Below, piece by piece: positions 28,391 to 38,855 of a stretch of DNA of 64,000 nucleotides. The DNA is taken from the NCBI GenBank assembly GCA_021639365.1, contig JAJXHK010000006.1, positions 5,797-69,796 of the forward strand, written 5' to 3'. Every line of letters begins with the position of its first letter. Positions within the stretch are counted from its first letter, which is position 1. A program made the translations under genes and the position numbers. Source of the stretch: Collinsella aerofaciens (GTDB lineage Bacteria; Actinomycetota; Coriobacteriia; Coriobacteriales; Coriobacteriaceae). A model generated the notes under the pieces. The model did no database searches, was not told the origin of the DNA, and saw only the letters and a list, made by a program, of their open reading frames with translations.

Positions 28391-31300
28391 ATGCTTGATC
28401 GCCGTTCGTTACTTGTCGCCGGAGCGTCCTCGTTAGCGAGCATTATGTTGCCTCGCGTGCCGGGAAGCGAAAATGCCTTCCTGCTGCCGTTCACGCCCAC
28501 CGCGGCCTATGCCGACGAAGAAGACCCCTTCAAGGTCCTGGTGCTCTCGCGCACCATGTTCGGCGTGGTGGTGGTCGACGTCGCCAACAAGAATACGCCT
28601 ATCGCAGGCGCCAAGGTCACGCTCACGTCGCGCTACGCCGCAGGCAAGCAGCTCGCCGCCACGACCGATGAAGAAGGCACGGCCATCTTTGAGGTCGCCC
28701 CTCTTTCGGAAGGCTACGTGGACGAGGCAACGCTTCTCGACGCGTACGACTTTAACGGCGGCATCTCCATTAGCATGGCGGGCTACCGCGATGTCGAGAT
28801 TCCCCTTGCGCGTATCCAGGGCGGCACCGCCATAACCGCACCCACACGTCCGCTCTCCGATGGCGAGCCGTACTTCCGCCAGCTCACGTTCGACGAATGG
28901 GACATCCAGTACGCCGACGCCACGTTTATGGCAATGCCAGCGGACGAAGCGGCAAACGACCAGCCCGACACGCACGCTTTTACCGTGCAGGCTCATCTGC
29001 CGCAGGGCGGGCAGGCAACATTGCATATCAATAAAGTGATGCCCGCTGCGGGCAGCTCAACCGAAACCGTCACGCAGATTGGTCAGATCAAGGCCAGCGC
29101 ATCGGACGTGGACAATCTGGCGACATTCACGCTGGAAGACAAGTTCCTCGATGCAGCGTCGAGCCTTCTGGAAGAAGGATGCAAGTTGCGCTTTGTCCTC
29201 GACTACCAGGGCAAGACCTACACACTCTCCTCCCCCATGGCCGTTGTCACTGCGCCGGCCGCAAAGGCAGAATCGGGCTCGACCACTATCGTCCCCACTA
29301 CCATGGACCAAGAGATCACTCCGTTTGATTTCCCCGCGGCGTTTCCCGGCATCGGCGGCAATAAGTTCACGTGCTGGATGCCCACATTTCCGATCCTCTT
29401 CGATTTCTCGTTTGCTGGATACGTGCTGTTTGGCGGAGGATACAAACCAGCCAGCTATATGAACGATTCGGGCAATCCGGATCCGGAGTACTGGAAGAAG
29501 TCGCCGCGCGAGTCGGGCGCCAAGCAGGCAAACCGCTACCTCGACGAGATGGAGGGGAAGTGGAATCAGTACAAGAGTATGAGTGCCGGTTCGGGCACCG
29601 ACCCAAGAAACACCAAGCTCCTTCGCCACCATTGCACGCCGCTGTTCACGATGGATATCGCCACACAGCTGTACGGCTCGCTCGCCTACGATTGGGTGGG
29701 CAAAACCTGGGGTGACAACAACGACCCCGCATACGGCAATATCAAGGCCCTCTTCCAGGTAAGAACCGACCTCAATTGGACCGAGCAGTTTACCCTAGGA
29801 CCGGTGCCGTTTTTCCTAAACGTCAACCCCTGGGTGCTGGCAAAACTGGCGCTCGCCGTGGGTGCCCACACGCACGGCAGCGGCGCGGCGTTTTTTAAAA
29901 ACATATCGCTCGACTATTCAAACACCTCGGGCTCATTCACCATCCAGATCGGGCTTGCCGTCACCTTTGGCGCCGGCGTTGCAGGCGTCGCTTCGTCTGC
30001 CGTGCGCGGCGCCGCATCCCTCACGCTGTTCATTGGGTACGAGAAGGCAGATGGACACCAGCTTCCGCGGCTGCGTGTAGGTGCAGACGTCGATGTCGAT
30101 GTGATACTCCAGTTCGTAATGTTCAAGTGGACCACCAAGGCTTGGTCGGGGTCGTGGCCCACACTCATCGATTCGTGGAATATGTCGGTGAACAATGGCG
30201 ACCAGTATGTGCTCCAGCGCTCTGAGCTCGCATTGGGTGGAGATACGCCCTACACGCTGGATGCCCGCTTCGGCACGCCCGGCAACGCCGAGGCAGGTGG
30301 TGTGCCGCAGTTTATCGCGTCGGCCACCATCGTCACCAACGCCGAGCTGCTCGCACGCGCCGAGGTTAAGGCCACTGCCGTAAACGTCGCGCCCGTCGTG
30401 CGCGATTGGGACCGATCGGTCGCGCGCATTGAGCTCGAGGCAGATGCAGAAAGCGACGACACGGGACAGATCGAGCATTTCGTCCATGCACTGATAGGGA
30501 ACGACGAAAACGCCGCGCCGATGTACGAGTACACCTATATCGGGCAGGCGACGAACGCTGTTGCGGACCCCAACGCCAATTCTGCCGGTGTATCGGAGGA
30601 CGAGCGTGGCGGCATCAAACCCTCGAGCGACAACGTACTGTTTACTGGCGTGCTCAGCGAAGCTCACATGAAACTGGCAATTATCGCCGGCGTAGAATGC
30701 CTGTTCCGCATCGCCTCGGTGCGCTACGGCGACAATGGCCGCTCGCGCCTGGTGGTGCACGCAAAGGCAAACGGCACGTGGTCCGCTCCCACGCCCGTGG
30801 ACTTCCCCCTTGGCTTTGGCGAGGGCGACGTGGAGCGCGACGGCATATACGATTACGACTTCGACGTGGTGGAATATACGGACGGAAGAGGAAACCAGGA
30901 CGCCTACGTGCTGCTGGTCTCGGGCGAGCGCCGCGACGGCGACAACACCCTTTTCGATGTGGCGAGCACATCCGGCATACTGTCCGTTGTGCGCCTGCGC
31001 ATAAGCAACGGCGGAGTTCGCGTGGTGTCGCATACGTCATGGCGCAGCATTTCGCGCGGCCGCCTGCAAGAGGATGGCTACCATTGCCTGCAGTGCCCAC
31101 GCATCACGGTGGGCAAGACGCTGGTCGACGGGCGCCTGTCGGGTGCCTACCTCCACCGCCGCGGAGCCACCGCAGAGAAGGCGCTCGGCAGCGAGGCTGA
31201 GGTTGCGCTGGAGTGCTTTACCCTGTGGTCGGACGTTTCGGGCGACAGCCTGACGTTCCGCCAAGTTCTCCGCTTTCCGCAAGCACCGTCGAGTATCGAG

Positions 31301-32758
31301 CTGGGCGAGCCCGAGAATATCAACGGCAAAATGGTGACGCCCGTTGCGTACGAGACCGCAGACGGTTGCGGCTGCGCATCGTACGCCGTGATTGGCCAGT
31401 CCATTGCGGGCTGGGGCGTTATGCCACCAGACGCCACGGTACCCCATGCGGTGCCGTGGCCACAGCATTCGGGCTTTTTGGCCACTGTCAACGAGCAGCT
31501 GCAGCATATTACTTGGACGCGAGGCGCATCGGCATTTGCAACGCAGCCCGTGGGCGCCGCAGGCTGTGGCCCGGCATCGTTTAGCGTAAGCAACAACGGC
31601 AGGTGCGTGCTCTATGTAGAGAACACCGATGGCAAGGTGGGACAAACCTACGACGAAGAAGGCAACCCGGTAGCAGTGATGGGCAAGCACTTCCGCATCT
31701 TCGCCAGCACCTTGGCAGGCGATCTGTTCACGGAGCCGTTCGTGATGTGCGAGCTGGACCATCCCGTCGATCAGATAACGACATTTTTGACGTCGGGAGG
31801 CATGCTCTCCGCGCTCGCCACGCACATTGTGAGCGCGGAGAAGAGCGAGGCAGAGCTGCACGGCATCGAAGTACCCTTGGTAGCGTGTGCCACTCCGACG
31901 GGCGCGGTCGCTACCTCGGGCGCGGTGGTGCCCGGAGCAGCAGGCGAATCCTTCATGGTCACGGTGCGAAACGACGGCAACACCTTACTGACCGCCGGCA
32001 CGATCGATCTGTACCGAGAGGGCTCCAGCCAGCCGTTCTCCAGCGCATCCATCGGATTCGGAGCGAACGCACGCATGGCTTCTACCTACGATCCAGAGCT
32101 TGCCGAAGACGCTTCGGCCAACGACATGGCACACGTGAAGTACGCGCTCGAGACGCTGGGCACACGTTTTGCAACGCACCCGCTGGTAGCCGACAACGGC
32201 AACGCCGTGCTGGCACCGGGTTGCACGGCACAGTTCCGCATGAGCTTCGCCATCCCCGAGAGTTGGAGCGACGAAGTGGGCAAACGCGTAACGCTGTATG
32301 CGAAGGCGCGTAATCTGGTGGCGCTCGATCCCGTGACGCTCGAGGAAATTCGACCGGGCGCAAACTCGACGCTGGGCGCCATTCTGCACGAGCTTCATGT
32401 GCCCGACGCGACATGCGAACGCTCAGAAGTTCAGGTCGGCGTATGCGACAGCGCGGATACGACAGGGCTTCACGACGCCCCGATGACAGTAGACGGCGAT
32501 GGTGGCTCGAGTGGAGGTGGTTCCGACGGAAGCAGCTCCGGTGGCGGCAGTGGCTCTGTCAGCGGCAAGGACCACGGCAATAACAAGCGCTCCGGAAAAG
32601 CGGGCGCGCTTGCGGGCACGGGCGATGTCAACGCTCCCCTTACGGCAACCGCCGCAGCACTCGCCGCGGCAGGCGCCGGCCTTGTCGCCTACAGCGCCCG
32701 CCGCACGGCGCTCGAAACCGACACCGCCAATGAGGTCAATTCGGATAAGCCTCGCTAG
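28391..32758 (+). CDS. Large secreted surface protein with twin-arginine-like signal and sortase-like anchor
   Basis: MLDRRSLL...AAYA signal; Ig/carboxypeptidase-regulatory-like N-domain; Gly/Ser linker; LAGTGD followed by a hydrophobic helix and RR. Confidence 0.8.
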   Translation: MLDRRSLLVAGASSLASIMLPRVPGSENAFLLPFTPTAAYADEEDPFKVLVLSRTMFGVVVVDVANKNTPIAGAKVTLTSRYAAGKQLAATTDEEGTAIFEVAPLSEGYVDEATLLDAYDFNGGISISMAGYRDVEIPLARIQGGTAITAPTRPLSDGEPYFRQLTFDEWDIQYADATFMAMPADEAANDQPDTHAFTVQAHLPQGGQATLHINKVMPAAGSSTETVTQIGQIKASASDVDNLATFTLEDKFLDAASSLLEEGCKLRFVLDYQGKTYTLSSPMAVVTAPAAKAESGSTTIVPTTMDQEITPFDFPAAFPGIGGNKFTCWMPTFPILFDFSFAGYVLFGGGYKPASYMNDSGNPDPEYWKKSPRESGAKQANRYLDEMEGKWNQYKSMSAGSGTDPRNTKLLRHHCTPLFTMDIATQLYGSLAYDWVGKTWGDNNDPAYGNIKALFQVRTDLNWTEQFTLGPVPFFLNVNPWVLAKLALAVGAHTHGSGAAFFKNISLDYSNTSGSFTIQIGLAVTFGAGVAGVASSAVRGAASLTLFIGYEKADGHQLPRLRVGADVDVDVILQFVMFKWTTKAWSGSWPTLIDSWNMSVNNGDQYVLQRSELALGGDTPYTLDARFGTPGNAEAGGVPQFIASATIVTNAELLARAEVKATAVNVAPVVRDWDRSVARIELEADAESDDTGQIEHFVHALIGNDENAAPMYEYTYIGQATNAVADPNANSAGVSEDERGGIKPSSDNVLFTGVLSEAHMKLAIIAGVECLFRIASVRYGDNGRSRLVVHAKANGTWSAPTPVDFPLGFGEGDVERDGIYDYDFDVVEYTDGRGNQDAYVLLVSGERRDGDNTLFDVASTSGILSVVRLRISNGGVRVVSHTSWRSISRGRLQEDGYHCLQCPRITVGKTLVDGRLSGAYLHRRGATAEKALGSEAEVALECFTLWSDVSGDSLTFRQVLRFPQAPSSIELGEPENINGKMVTPVAYETADGCGCASYAVIGQSIAGWGVMPPDATVPHAVPWPQHSGFLATVNEQLQHITWTRGASAFATQPVGAAGCGPASFSVSNNGRCVLYVENTDGKVGQTYDEEGNPVAVMGKHFRIFASTLAGDLFTEPFVMCELDHPVDQITTFLTSGGMLSALATHIVSAEKSEAELHGIEVPLVACATPTGAVATSGAVVPGAAGESFMVTVRNDGNTLLTAGTIDLYREGSSQPFSSASIGFGANARMASTYDPELAEDASANDMAHVKYALETLGTRFATHPLVADNGNAVLAPGCTAQFRMSFAIPESWSDEVGKRVTLYAKARNLVALDPVTLEEIRPGANSTLGAILHELHVPDATCERSEVQVGVCDSADTTGLHDAPMTVDGDGGSSGGGSDGSSSGGGSGSVSGKDHGNNKRSGKAGALAGTGDVNAPLTATAAALAAAGAGLVAYSARRTALETDTANEVNSDKPR

Positions 32759-32868
32759 CTCCTAGTTACTTTTGTGAGAGACGCCAACTCGGCTCATCGA
32801 ACATCAAAATGGGCTGGCCCCGATAACTCGGAGCCAGTCCTGAGTCGCCTGACGTAAGAATCGCGGCG

Positions 32869-33885
32869 TTACTTGAGCTTCAGTGCCTCCATCATGGGCA
32901 CGGCGGCATCCCAGTCGATCTTCCAGCCGATCGACACGCGGACGGTTTCACCCGTTGCGGGAGCCGTCGCAAACAGCGTATGACCGTTGTCGGGACCGGT
33001 AAAGCGCAGCCACGTTATGCCGTTGCACTCGACCTGGTCGGTTGTTGTCTCCTTGCCTTCGTAGACCTGCTCTAGGCTTGCAACCTCTTCCTCCGGCGAG
33101 CGCGGGAAGATGCTGATGTTCAGGCGTCCTCCAGTCTCGTCGTGGAAGAAGTTTGCCTTTTCGCGCTCTTCGTCGGACGAATCCAGCGTGTACCCATCGG
33201 CGGCCTCGATGCTGTACGATGCGCAGTCGATGCCCGTTAAATCTGCCTTCTCGCCAGAATCGGCCACGCCGCCGGCCGCCTTGAACTCCTTGGTCTCGCA
33301 GTCTGTGGTGTCAAAGTGCATGGCCTCATGATTCTTGGCGGGGGCGTAAGCGTCTACGAACTCGACAGTGATGGGCCCGTAGTACGCCGTCTTGGGCGCC
33401 CAGAAATACACGTACTCAACGGTCTCGCCCGGACCGATATCTGGCCTCTCGGAAAGGTCAATTCCCTTGTGCAGATCATCGGGAGCCTCGCTTGCAACGT
33501 AGTCGAGCACGGCCGCCTTGCCGGAAGTAAACAACGGGTCGCCTGCCTCAAGATCGCCCTGGGCAGCATGCACGTTAAAGGAACTGAACGTCCTGTTCTT
33601 TGTGTTGTTGTTGGTAATCATGATGTGCAGGTAAAAGCCGTCCTGCTTCTTGGCATCACCGCGATAGAACGTACCGTGAGCCACCGACTCATAGGTAATA
33701 CCTGCCACCTCGACCGTCTGCGACTCATAGGCCTTGGCCTTCTTGGATTTCTCCTGCACAGGTGCGCTCCCGCCCGAGCCACTCGGCACATTACCGCCGC
33801 AGCCGGCAAGCGTACAAGCCAACACAGCCGAAAGCGTCACGGTGGGAATTCCTAACAGCAGCTTCTTCGTCATGGGCTTCATCAT
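32869..33885 (-). CDS. Hypothetical lipoprotein (DUF4352-like Ig fold)
   Basis: RBS AAAGGAG; MMKPMTKK...LAGC lipobox; ITNN...IGPGETVE pattern. Confidence 0.72.
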   Translation of the reverse strand: MMKPMTKKLLLGIPTVTLSAVLACTLAGCGGNVPSGSGGSAPVQEKSKKAKAYESQTVEVAGITYESVAHGTFYRGDAKKQDGFYLHIMITNNNTKNRTFSSFNVHAAQGDLEAGDPLFTSGKAAVLDYVASEAPDDLHKGIDLSERPDIGPGETVEYVYFWAPKTAYYGPITVEFVDAYAPAKNHEAMHFDTTDCETKEFKAAGGVADSGEKADLTGIDCASYSIEAADGYTLDSSDEEREKANFFHDETGGRLNISIFPRSPEEEVASLEQVYEGKETTTDQVECNGITWLRFTGPDNGHTLFATAPATGETVRVSIGWKIDWDAAVPMMEALKLK

Positions 33886-34146
33886 CCTCACCGCTCCTTT
33901 CGGCTTGCAGCTCATCCGTTGCCCGAGTCGCAAGTCGGCTCCGTGGCATCGGCTTCCACTATGAGCGTATGACGAAACGCGGCGCCGGCGAAGTGACCCA
34001 CGGCCCAAATAACGACCCGCCAGCGTTCCTTATGGGCCAAAGGGACTCGCACACGCACGCCCGTGGCCCATAAAACGAGACGCTTGTCCCAATGTTCGAT
34101 TCGATCCATCCGCAAACAAGGTAGGGCGCCTCCAGCCGCCTTCAAA

Positions 34147-34185
34147 CTTACTCGGACAGAACCGACTCGGTTTTGTCCGAGTAAG
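34147..34185. repeat. Near-perfect 39-bp palindrome
   Basis: CTTACTCGGACAGAACCGA-C-TCGGTTTTGTCCGAGTAAG. Confidence 0.75.
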
Positions 34186-34202
34186 CTCTTTCCATCCTAA
34201 GT

Positions 34203-34218
34203 TCGAACGGTTGTTCGA
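34203..34218. promoter_or_regulatory. LexA SOS box
   Basis: TCGAAC-GGTT-GTTCGA, a perfect match to the actinobacterial LexA box, about 100 bp upstream of the topoisomerase operon. Confidence 0.75.
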
Positions 34219-34316
34219 TGGATTTCGTGTTGGTTGGAATCGCCTATGGGCTTGGCTATGCTACCTTGACTATCTATATGACTTAAACGCAGCAAAGGAG
34301 CACCGAGAGAGCGAGT

Positions 34317-36314
34317 ATGGCAAAAAACACCGCAAACTATGGTAACGACAGTATCCGCCAGCTCAAGGACGAGGAGCGCGTACGCCTGCGCCCCGCCGTC
34401 ATCTTTGGCTCGGACGGACTCGACGGCTGCGCGCATGCCGCCTTCGAGATCCTGTCCAACGCCGTTGACGAGGCGCGCCAGGGCTACGGCAAGCTCATCA
34501 CCCTTACCGCCTTTCGCGATGGCTCCATTCAGGTAGAGGACAACGGCCGCGGCTGCCCGCTCGACTGGAACCCTTCCGAGAAGCGCTTTAACTGGGAGCT
34601 CGTCTTCTGCGAGCTCTACGCCGGCGGCAAGTATAACAACAACCAGGGCGGCGACTACGACTTCTCGCTCGGCACCAACGGCCTGGGCTCCTGCGCGACT
34701 CAGTACGCCTCCGAGTACATGGACGTTACGGTTTGGCGCGATGGCAACAAGTACTCCCTGCACTTTAAGAAGGGCAAGGTCGTCGGCGCCAAAAAGAAGG
34801 CACTCGAGATTGAGCCCAGCGATGAGGACCGCACCGGCACCACCATCAAGTGGCGCCCCGATCTTGAGGTCTTTACCTCCATCAGCATTCCCCACGATTG
34901 GTATCGCGAGACCATGCGCCGCCAGGCCGTGGTCAACGCCAACGTGACCTTCCGCCTGCGTATCGAGGGCGACGATGGCGAATTTACCGAAGAGGATTTT
35001 TGCTATCCCAAGGGCATCGAGGACTACGTGCTCGAGAAGGTCGGTACCGACTACCTTACCGAGCCCTTCTTTATCGAGGCCGACCGCCGCGGTCGCGACC
35101 GCGAGGACCTGCCCGACTACAACGTAAAAATCACTGCTTGCATGTGCTTCTCGCGCACCTTCATGATGCAGGAGTACTACCACAACTCGTCATGGCTCGA
35201 GAACGGCGGTTCGCCCGAGAAGGCGGCCCGCAGTGCTCTGACTAGCGCCATCGACGCCTACATCAAGCAACAGGGCAAGTACAACAAAAACGAGAGCGGC
35301 ATCAAATGGCAGGACGTCCAGGACTGCCTGGTGCTGGTGACCAACTGTTTCTCCACCCAGACGTCCTACGAAAACCAGACTAAGAAGGCCATCAACAACC
35401 GCTTTATCCAGCAGGCCATGACTGCCTTCTTTAAGGAGCGCCTCTCGACCTACTTGATCGAGAACAAAGACGCTGCCAACAAGATCATGGAGCAGGTGCT
35501 CATCAACAAGCGTTCGCGCGAGAACGCCGAGAAGACGCGCCAGAGCATCAAAACCAACCTGCAGCAGAAGACCGACATGGCCAACCGCGTGCAGAAGTTC
35601 ATCGACTGCCGCTCCAAGGACAAGGACCGTCGCGAGATCTACATCGTAGAGGGCGACTCGGCAGCAGGCGCCATCCGCACCTCGCGCGATGCCGAGTTCC
35701 AAGGTGTTATGCCCGTCCGAGGCAAGATCCTCAACTGCCTGAAAGAGGACTACCCGCGCATCTTTAAGTCCGACATCATCATGGACCTCATGCGCGTGCT
35801 GGGCTGCGGTGTGGAGATCAAGGACAAGCGTATCAAGAACCTTGGTGCCTTCGACCTGGACAACCTCAACTGGAACAAGGTCATCATCTGTACGGACGCC
35901 GACGTCGACGGCTATCACATCCGCACGCTCGTGCTCACCATGCTCTACCGCCTGGTGCCCACGCTTATCGACGAGGGTTACGTGTATATCGCCGAGTCGC
36001 CGCTCTACGAGATCAACTGCAAAGAGAAAACCTACTTTGCCTACACCGAGCTCGAGAAGAACGGCATCCTCAAGGAGATCGGCGACCAGAAGTGCTCGAT
36101 CAACCGCTCCAAGGGTCTTGGTGAGAACGATCCGGACATGATGTGGCTCACCACCATGAACCCCGAGACGCGTCGCCTGATCAAGGTGGAGCCCGAGGAC
36201 GTCACCAAGATGGAAACCATGTTCAACCTGTTGCTGGGCAACGACGAGGCGGGCCGCAAGCGCCACATCTCCGAGCACGGCAAGGAATACCTAGACCAGC
36301 TGGACCTGCAGTAG
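34317..36314 (+). CDS. Type IIA DNA topoisomerase subunit B (divergent GyrB/ParE-like)
   Basis: VRLRP, EILSNAVDE, DNGRG, AGGK, EGDSA, PVRGKILN, DADVDG, KGLGE. Confidence 0.93.
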   Translation: MAKNTANYGNDSIRQLKDEERVRLRPAVIFGSDGLDGCAHAAFEILSNAVDEARQGYGKLITLTAFRDGSIQVEDNGRGCPLDWNPSEKRFNWELVFCELYAGGKYNNNQGGDYDFSLGTNGLGSCATQYASEYMDVTVWRDGNKYSLHFKKGKVVGAKKKALEIEPSDEDRTGTTIKWRPDLEVFTSISIPHDWYRETMRRQAVVNANVTFRLRIEGDDGEFTEEDFCYPKGIEDYVLEKVGTDYLTEPFFIEADRRGRDREDLPDYNVKITACMCFSRTFMMQEYYHNSSWLENGGSPEKAARSALTSAIDAYIKQQGKYNKNESGIKWQDVQDCLVLVTNCFSTQTSYENQTKKAINNRFIQQAMTAFFKERLSTYLIENKDAANKIMEQVLINKRSRENAEKTRQSIKTNLQQKTDMANRVQKFIDCRSKDKDRREIYIVEGDSAAGAIRTSRDAEFQGVMPVRGKILNCLKEDYPRIFKSDIIMDLMRVLGCGVEIKDKRIKNLGAFDLDNLNWNKVIICTDADVDGYHIRTLVLTMLYRLVPTLIDEGYVYIAESPLYEINCKEKTYFAYTELEKNGILKEIGDQKCSINRSKGLGENDPDMMWLTTMNPETRRLIKVEPEDVTKMETMFNLLLGNDEAGRKRHISEHGKEYLDQLDLQ

Positions 36315-36359
36315 CAGCAAACCGATAACGACGGCCCACAAGAAGTTCAAGAGGAAATC

Positions 36360-38600
36360 GTGGCAAAGAAGAAGACGAAGAACCAGCCAAAGAAAAAGCA
36401 GGTCAACGCCGAGAACGTCATCGGCCTGCACTCCGAGGTCACCGACCAGCCGATCACGCAGACGCTCGAGGTCAACTACATGCCCTACGCCATGAGCGTC
36501 AACGTCTCGCGTGCGTTCCCCGAGATCGACGGCTTTAAGCCCTCACACCGCAAGCTGCTCTACACCATGTACAAGATGGGTCTGCTCAAGGGCGAGCGCC
36601 AGAAGAGCGCCAACATCGTGGGCCAGACCATGAAGCTCAACCCGCACGGCGACGCCGCGATCTACGAGACGATGGTGCGTCTGGCCACCGGCAACGAGGC
36701 GCTGCTCGCCCCCTTCGTGGAGTCGAAGGGCAACTTTGGCAAGTACTACTCGGGCGACCTGAGCTACGCCGCCTCGCGTTATACCGAGGCCAAGCTCTCC
36801 CCCATCAGTGCCGAGATCTTCAAGGATATCGACAAGGACCCGGTCGACTTCATCGACAGCTACGACGGCGCCATGAAGGAGCCGCGCCTGCTGCCCACCA
36901 CGTTCCCCAACATCCTCGTCTCGGCCAACAAGGGCATCGGCGTCGCCATGGCGTCCGACATCTGCGGTTTTAACCTCAACGAGGTCTGCACCGCCACGAT
37001 GCACTACCTCAAGGACCCCGACTGCGACCTGCTCGAGTACATGCCCATGCCCGACTTCTCGACCGGCGGCGAGATCATCTACCGCCGCGAGGAGATGGAG
37101 AAGATCGTCGAGACCGGCCTGGGCAGCTTCCAGATTCGCTCCCGCTGGCGCTGGATTCCCGAAGAGCGCATCATCGAGGTCTACGAGATCCCCTACACCA
37201 CCAAGACCGATGTCATCATCGAGCGCATCGTCAAGCTCTCCAAGGAGGGCAAGGTCAAGGAAATCGCTGACATCCGTGACGAAACCGACCTTTCGGGCCT
37301 GCGCATCGCTATCGACCTTAAGCGCGGCGTCGATCCCGATAAGCTCATGGCAAAGCTCTATCGCTCGACCACGCTGCAGGATTCGTTCTCGTGCAACTTT
37401 AACGTGCTGGTCGACGGCTACCCCCGCGTTATGGGCGTGCGCCAGATCCTGCACGAGTGGGTCGCGTGGCGCATTCAGTCCACGCGCCGTCGCATTAACT
37501 TCGACCTGGGCAAAAAGTCCGAGCGCCTGCATCTGCTGCACGGTCTTGAAGCGATTTTGCTCGATATCGACAAGGCTATCGCCATCATCCGTGGCACCAA
37601 GCTCGAGGCCGAGGTCGTGCCCAACCTTATGAAGGGTTTCGACATCGATGAGACCCAGGCCGAGTTTGTTGCCGAGCTCAAGCTCCGCAACATCAACGAG
37701 GAGTACATCCTCAACCGCACCAAGGACATCGCCAAGCTCGAGGGCGAAATCGCCGAGCTCGAGGATATCCTGTCGAGCGAGGACAAAATCAAAAAGGTCA
37801 TCAGCGACGAGCTGGCCGCGGTCAACAAGAAGTACGTGATGCCGCGCCGCACGGGCAGGATTGAGCCCCATGAGGTTATCGAAGTGAGCCTGGAGCCCGA
37901 GGTCGAGGAGTACCCCGTTACCATCATGCTCTCGCGCGATGGCTACCTCAAAAAGATGACCGACCGCGTGCTCAAGAAGGCCGCTACGCTCAAGTACAAA
38001 GACGGCGACAAGCCCTTTATTGAGTTCCCGTCCTCCAACACGCACGAGCTGCTGGTCTTTACCAACAAGAGCCAGGTGTACAAGTGCAAGGTCGCGCAGT
38101 TTGAGGACACCAAGTCCGCCCAGCTGGGCTCGTACCTGCCGACCGATCTTGAGATGGCACCCGACGAGAGCGTCATCTGGGTCATCGACCCCGAGGACTA
38201 CAAGGCCGACGCGCTGTTTGTCTTTGAGAACGGTCGCGTGGTGCGCGTCGCGCTTGCCGGATACGTCACCAAGACCAACCGCAAGCGCCTCAAGAACGCC
38301 ATCTACAGCGGCAGCAAATTGCTGTATGCCCAGGTGCTCAAGGAAGATCGCGACATCGCGCTCGTTTCGAGCGACTATCGCCTGATGAACTTCAACACGT
38401 CGCTGCTCAAGACCAAGACGACCACCAACACGCAGGGCGTCCAGGCCTTTACTGCCAAGAAGGGCCGTTCGGTCACCACCGTCGGCACAACCGAGGAAAT
38501 CCTTGGCGCCGGCGTCTCGGCCGAAAAGTTCACCGCGCAGAGTCTGCCCTCCGCCGGCGCCCTCATGAAAGAAAACGACATGCCGAGCTTGTTTGACTAG
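36360..38600 (+). CDS. Type IIA DNA topoisomerase subunit A (divergent GyrA/ParC-like)
   Basis: DGFKPSHR, PHGDAAIY, GNFG, catalytic AASRYTE, PDFSTG, IRDETD. GTG start with RBS GAGGA. Confidence 0.93.
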   Translation: MAKKKTKNQPKKKQVNAENVIGLHSEVTDQPITQTLEVNYMPYAMSVNVSRAFPEIDGFKPSHRKLLYTMYKMGLLKGERQKSANIVGQTMKLNPHGDAAIYETMVRLATGNEALLAPFVESKGNFGKYYSGDLSYAASRYTEAKLSPISAEIFKDIDKDPVDFIDSYDGAMKEPRLLPTTFPNILVSANKGIGVAMASDICGFNLNEVCTATMHYLKDPDCDLLEYMPMPDFSTGGEIIYRREEMEKIVETGLGSFQIRSRWRWIPEERIIEVYEIPYTTKTDVIIERIVKLSKEGKVKEIADIRDETDLSGLRIAIDLKRGVDPDKLMAKLYRSTTLQDSFSCNFNVLVDGYPRVMGVRQILHEWVAWRIQSTRRRINFDLGKKSERLHLLHGLEAILLDIDKAIAIIRGTKLEAEVVPNLMKGFDIDETQAEFVAELKLRNINEEYILNRTKDIAKLEGEIAELEDILSSEDKIKKVISDELAAVNKKYVMPRRTGRIEPHEVIEVSLEPEVEEYPVTIMLSRDGYLKKMTDRVLKKAATLKYKDGDKPFIEFPSSNTHELLVFTNKSQVYKCKVAQFEDTKSAQLGSYLPTDLEMAPDESVIWVIDPEDYKADALFVFENGRVVRVALAGYVTKTNRKRLKNAIYSGSKLLYAQVLKEDRDIALVSSDYRLMNFNTSLLKTKTTTNTQGVQAFTAKKGRSVTTVGTTEEILGAGVSAEKFTAQSLPSAGALMKENDMPSLFD

Positions 38601-38855
38601 AACAGCGGCAGTCGAACCATTGTAGGTTCACAGAGTAGATCGCTTGCCTGACGAGGGGTGATTGGCTGAGTCATTCTAAAGCTTGATAAGCGACATGGTT
38701 TTCCAACGGATGTTCTTGCATCAGGGCGGAAGAGAGCGAGGGTCTTCGGGATGGCGATACAAACCAGCTAGGCGCCCGTAAATCTCGGCACCAATCCCGT
38801 CGAGCCAACGTGCCGGAGGCGTATTCCTTTGTCCTGAAACGCCTCCTATCTACAT

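Noticed and set aside
33890..34090. Riboswitch upstream of the lipoprotein gene
   Set aside because: Some stems are possible but I cannot match a known aptamer consensus; an Rfam search is needed.
34317..38600. Labelling as gyrB/gyrA or parE/parC
   Set aside because: Motifs are divergent and no GyrA-box is visible; orthology needs a phylogeny.
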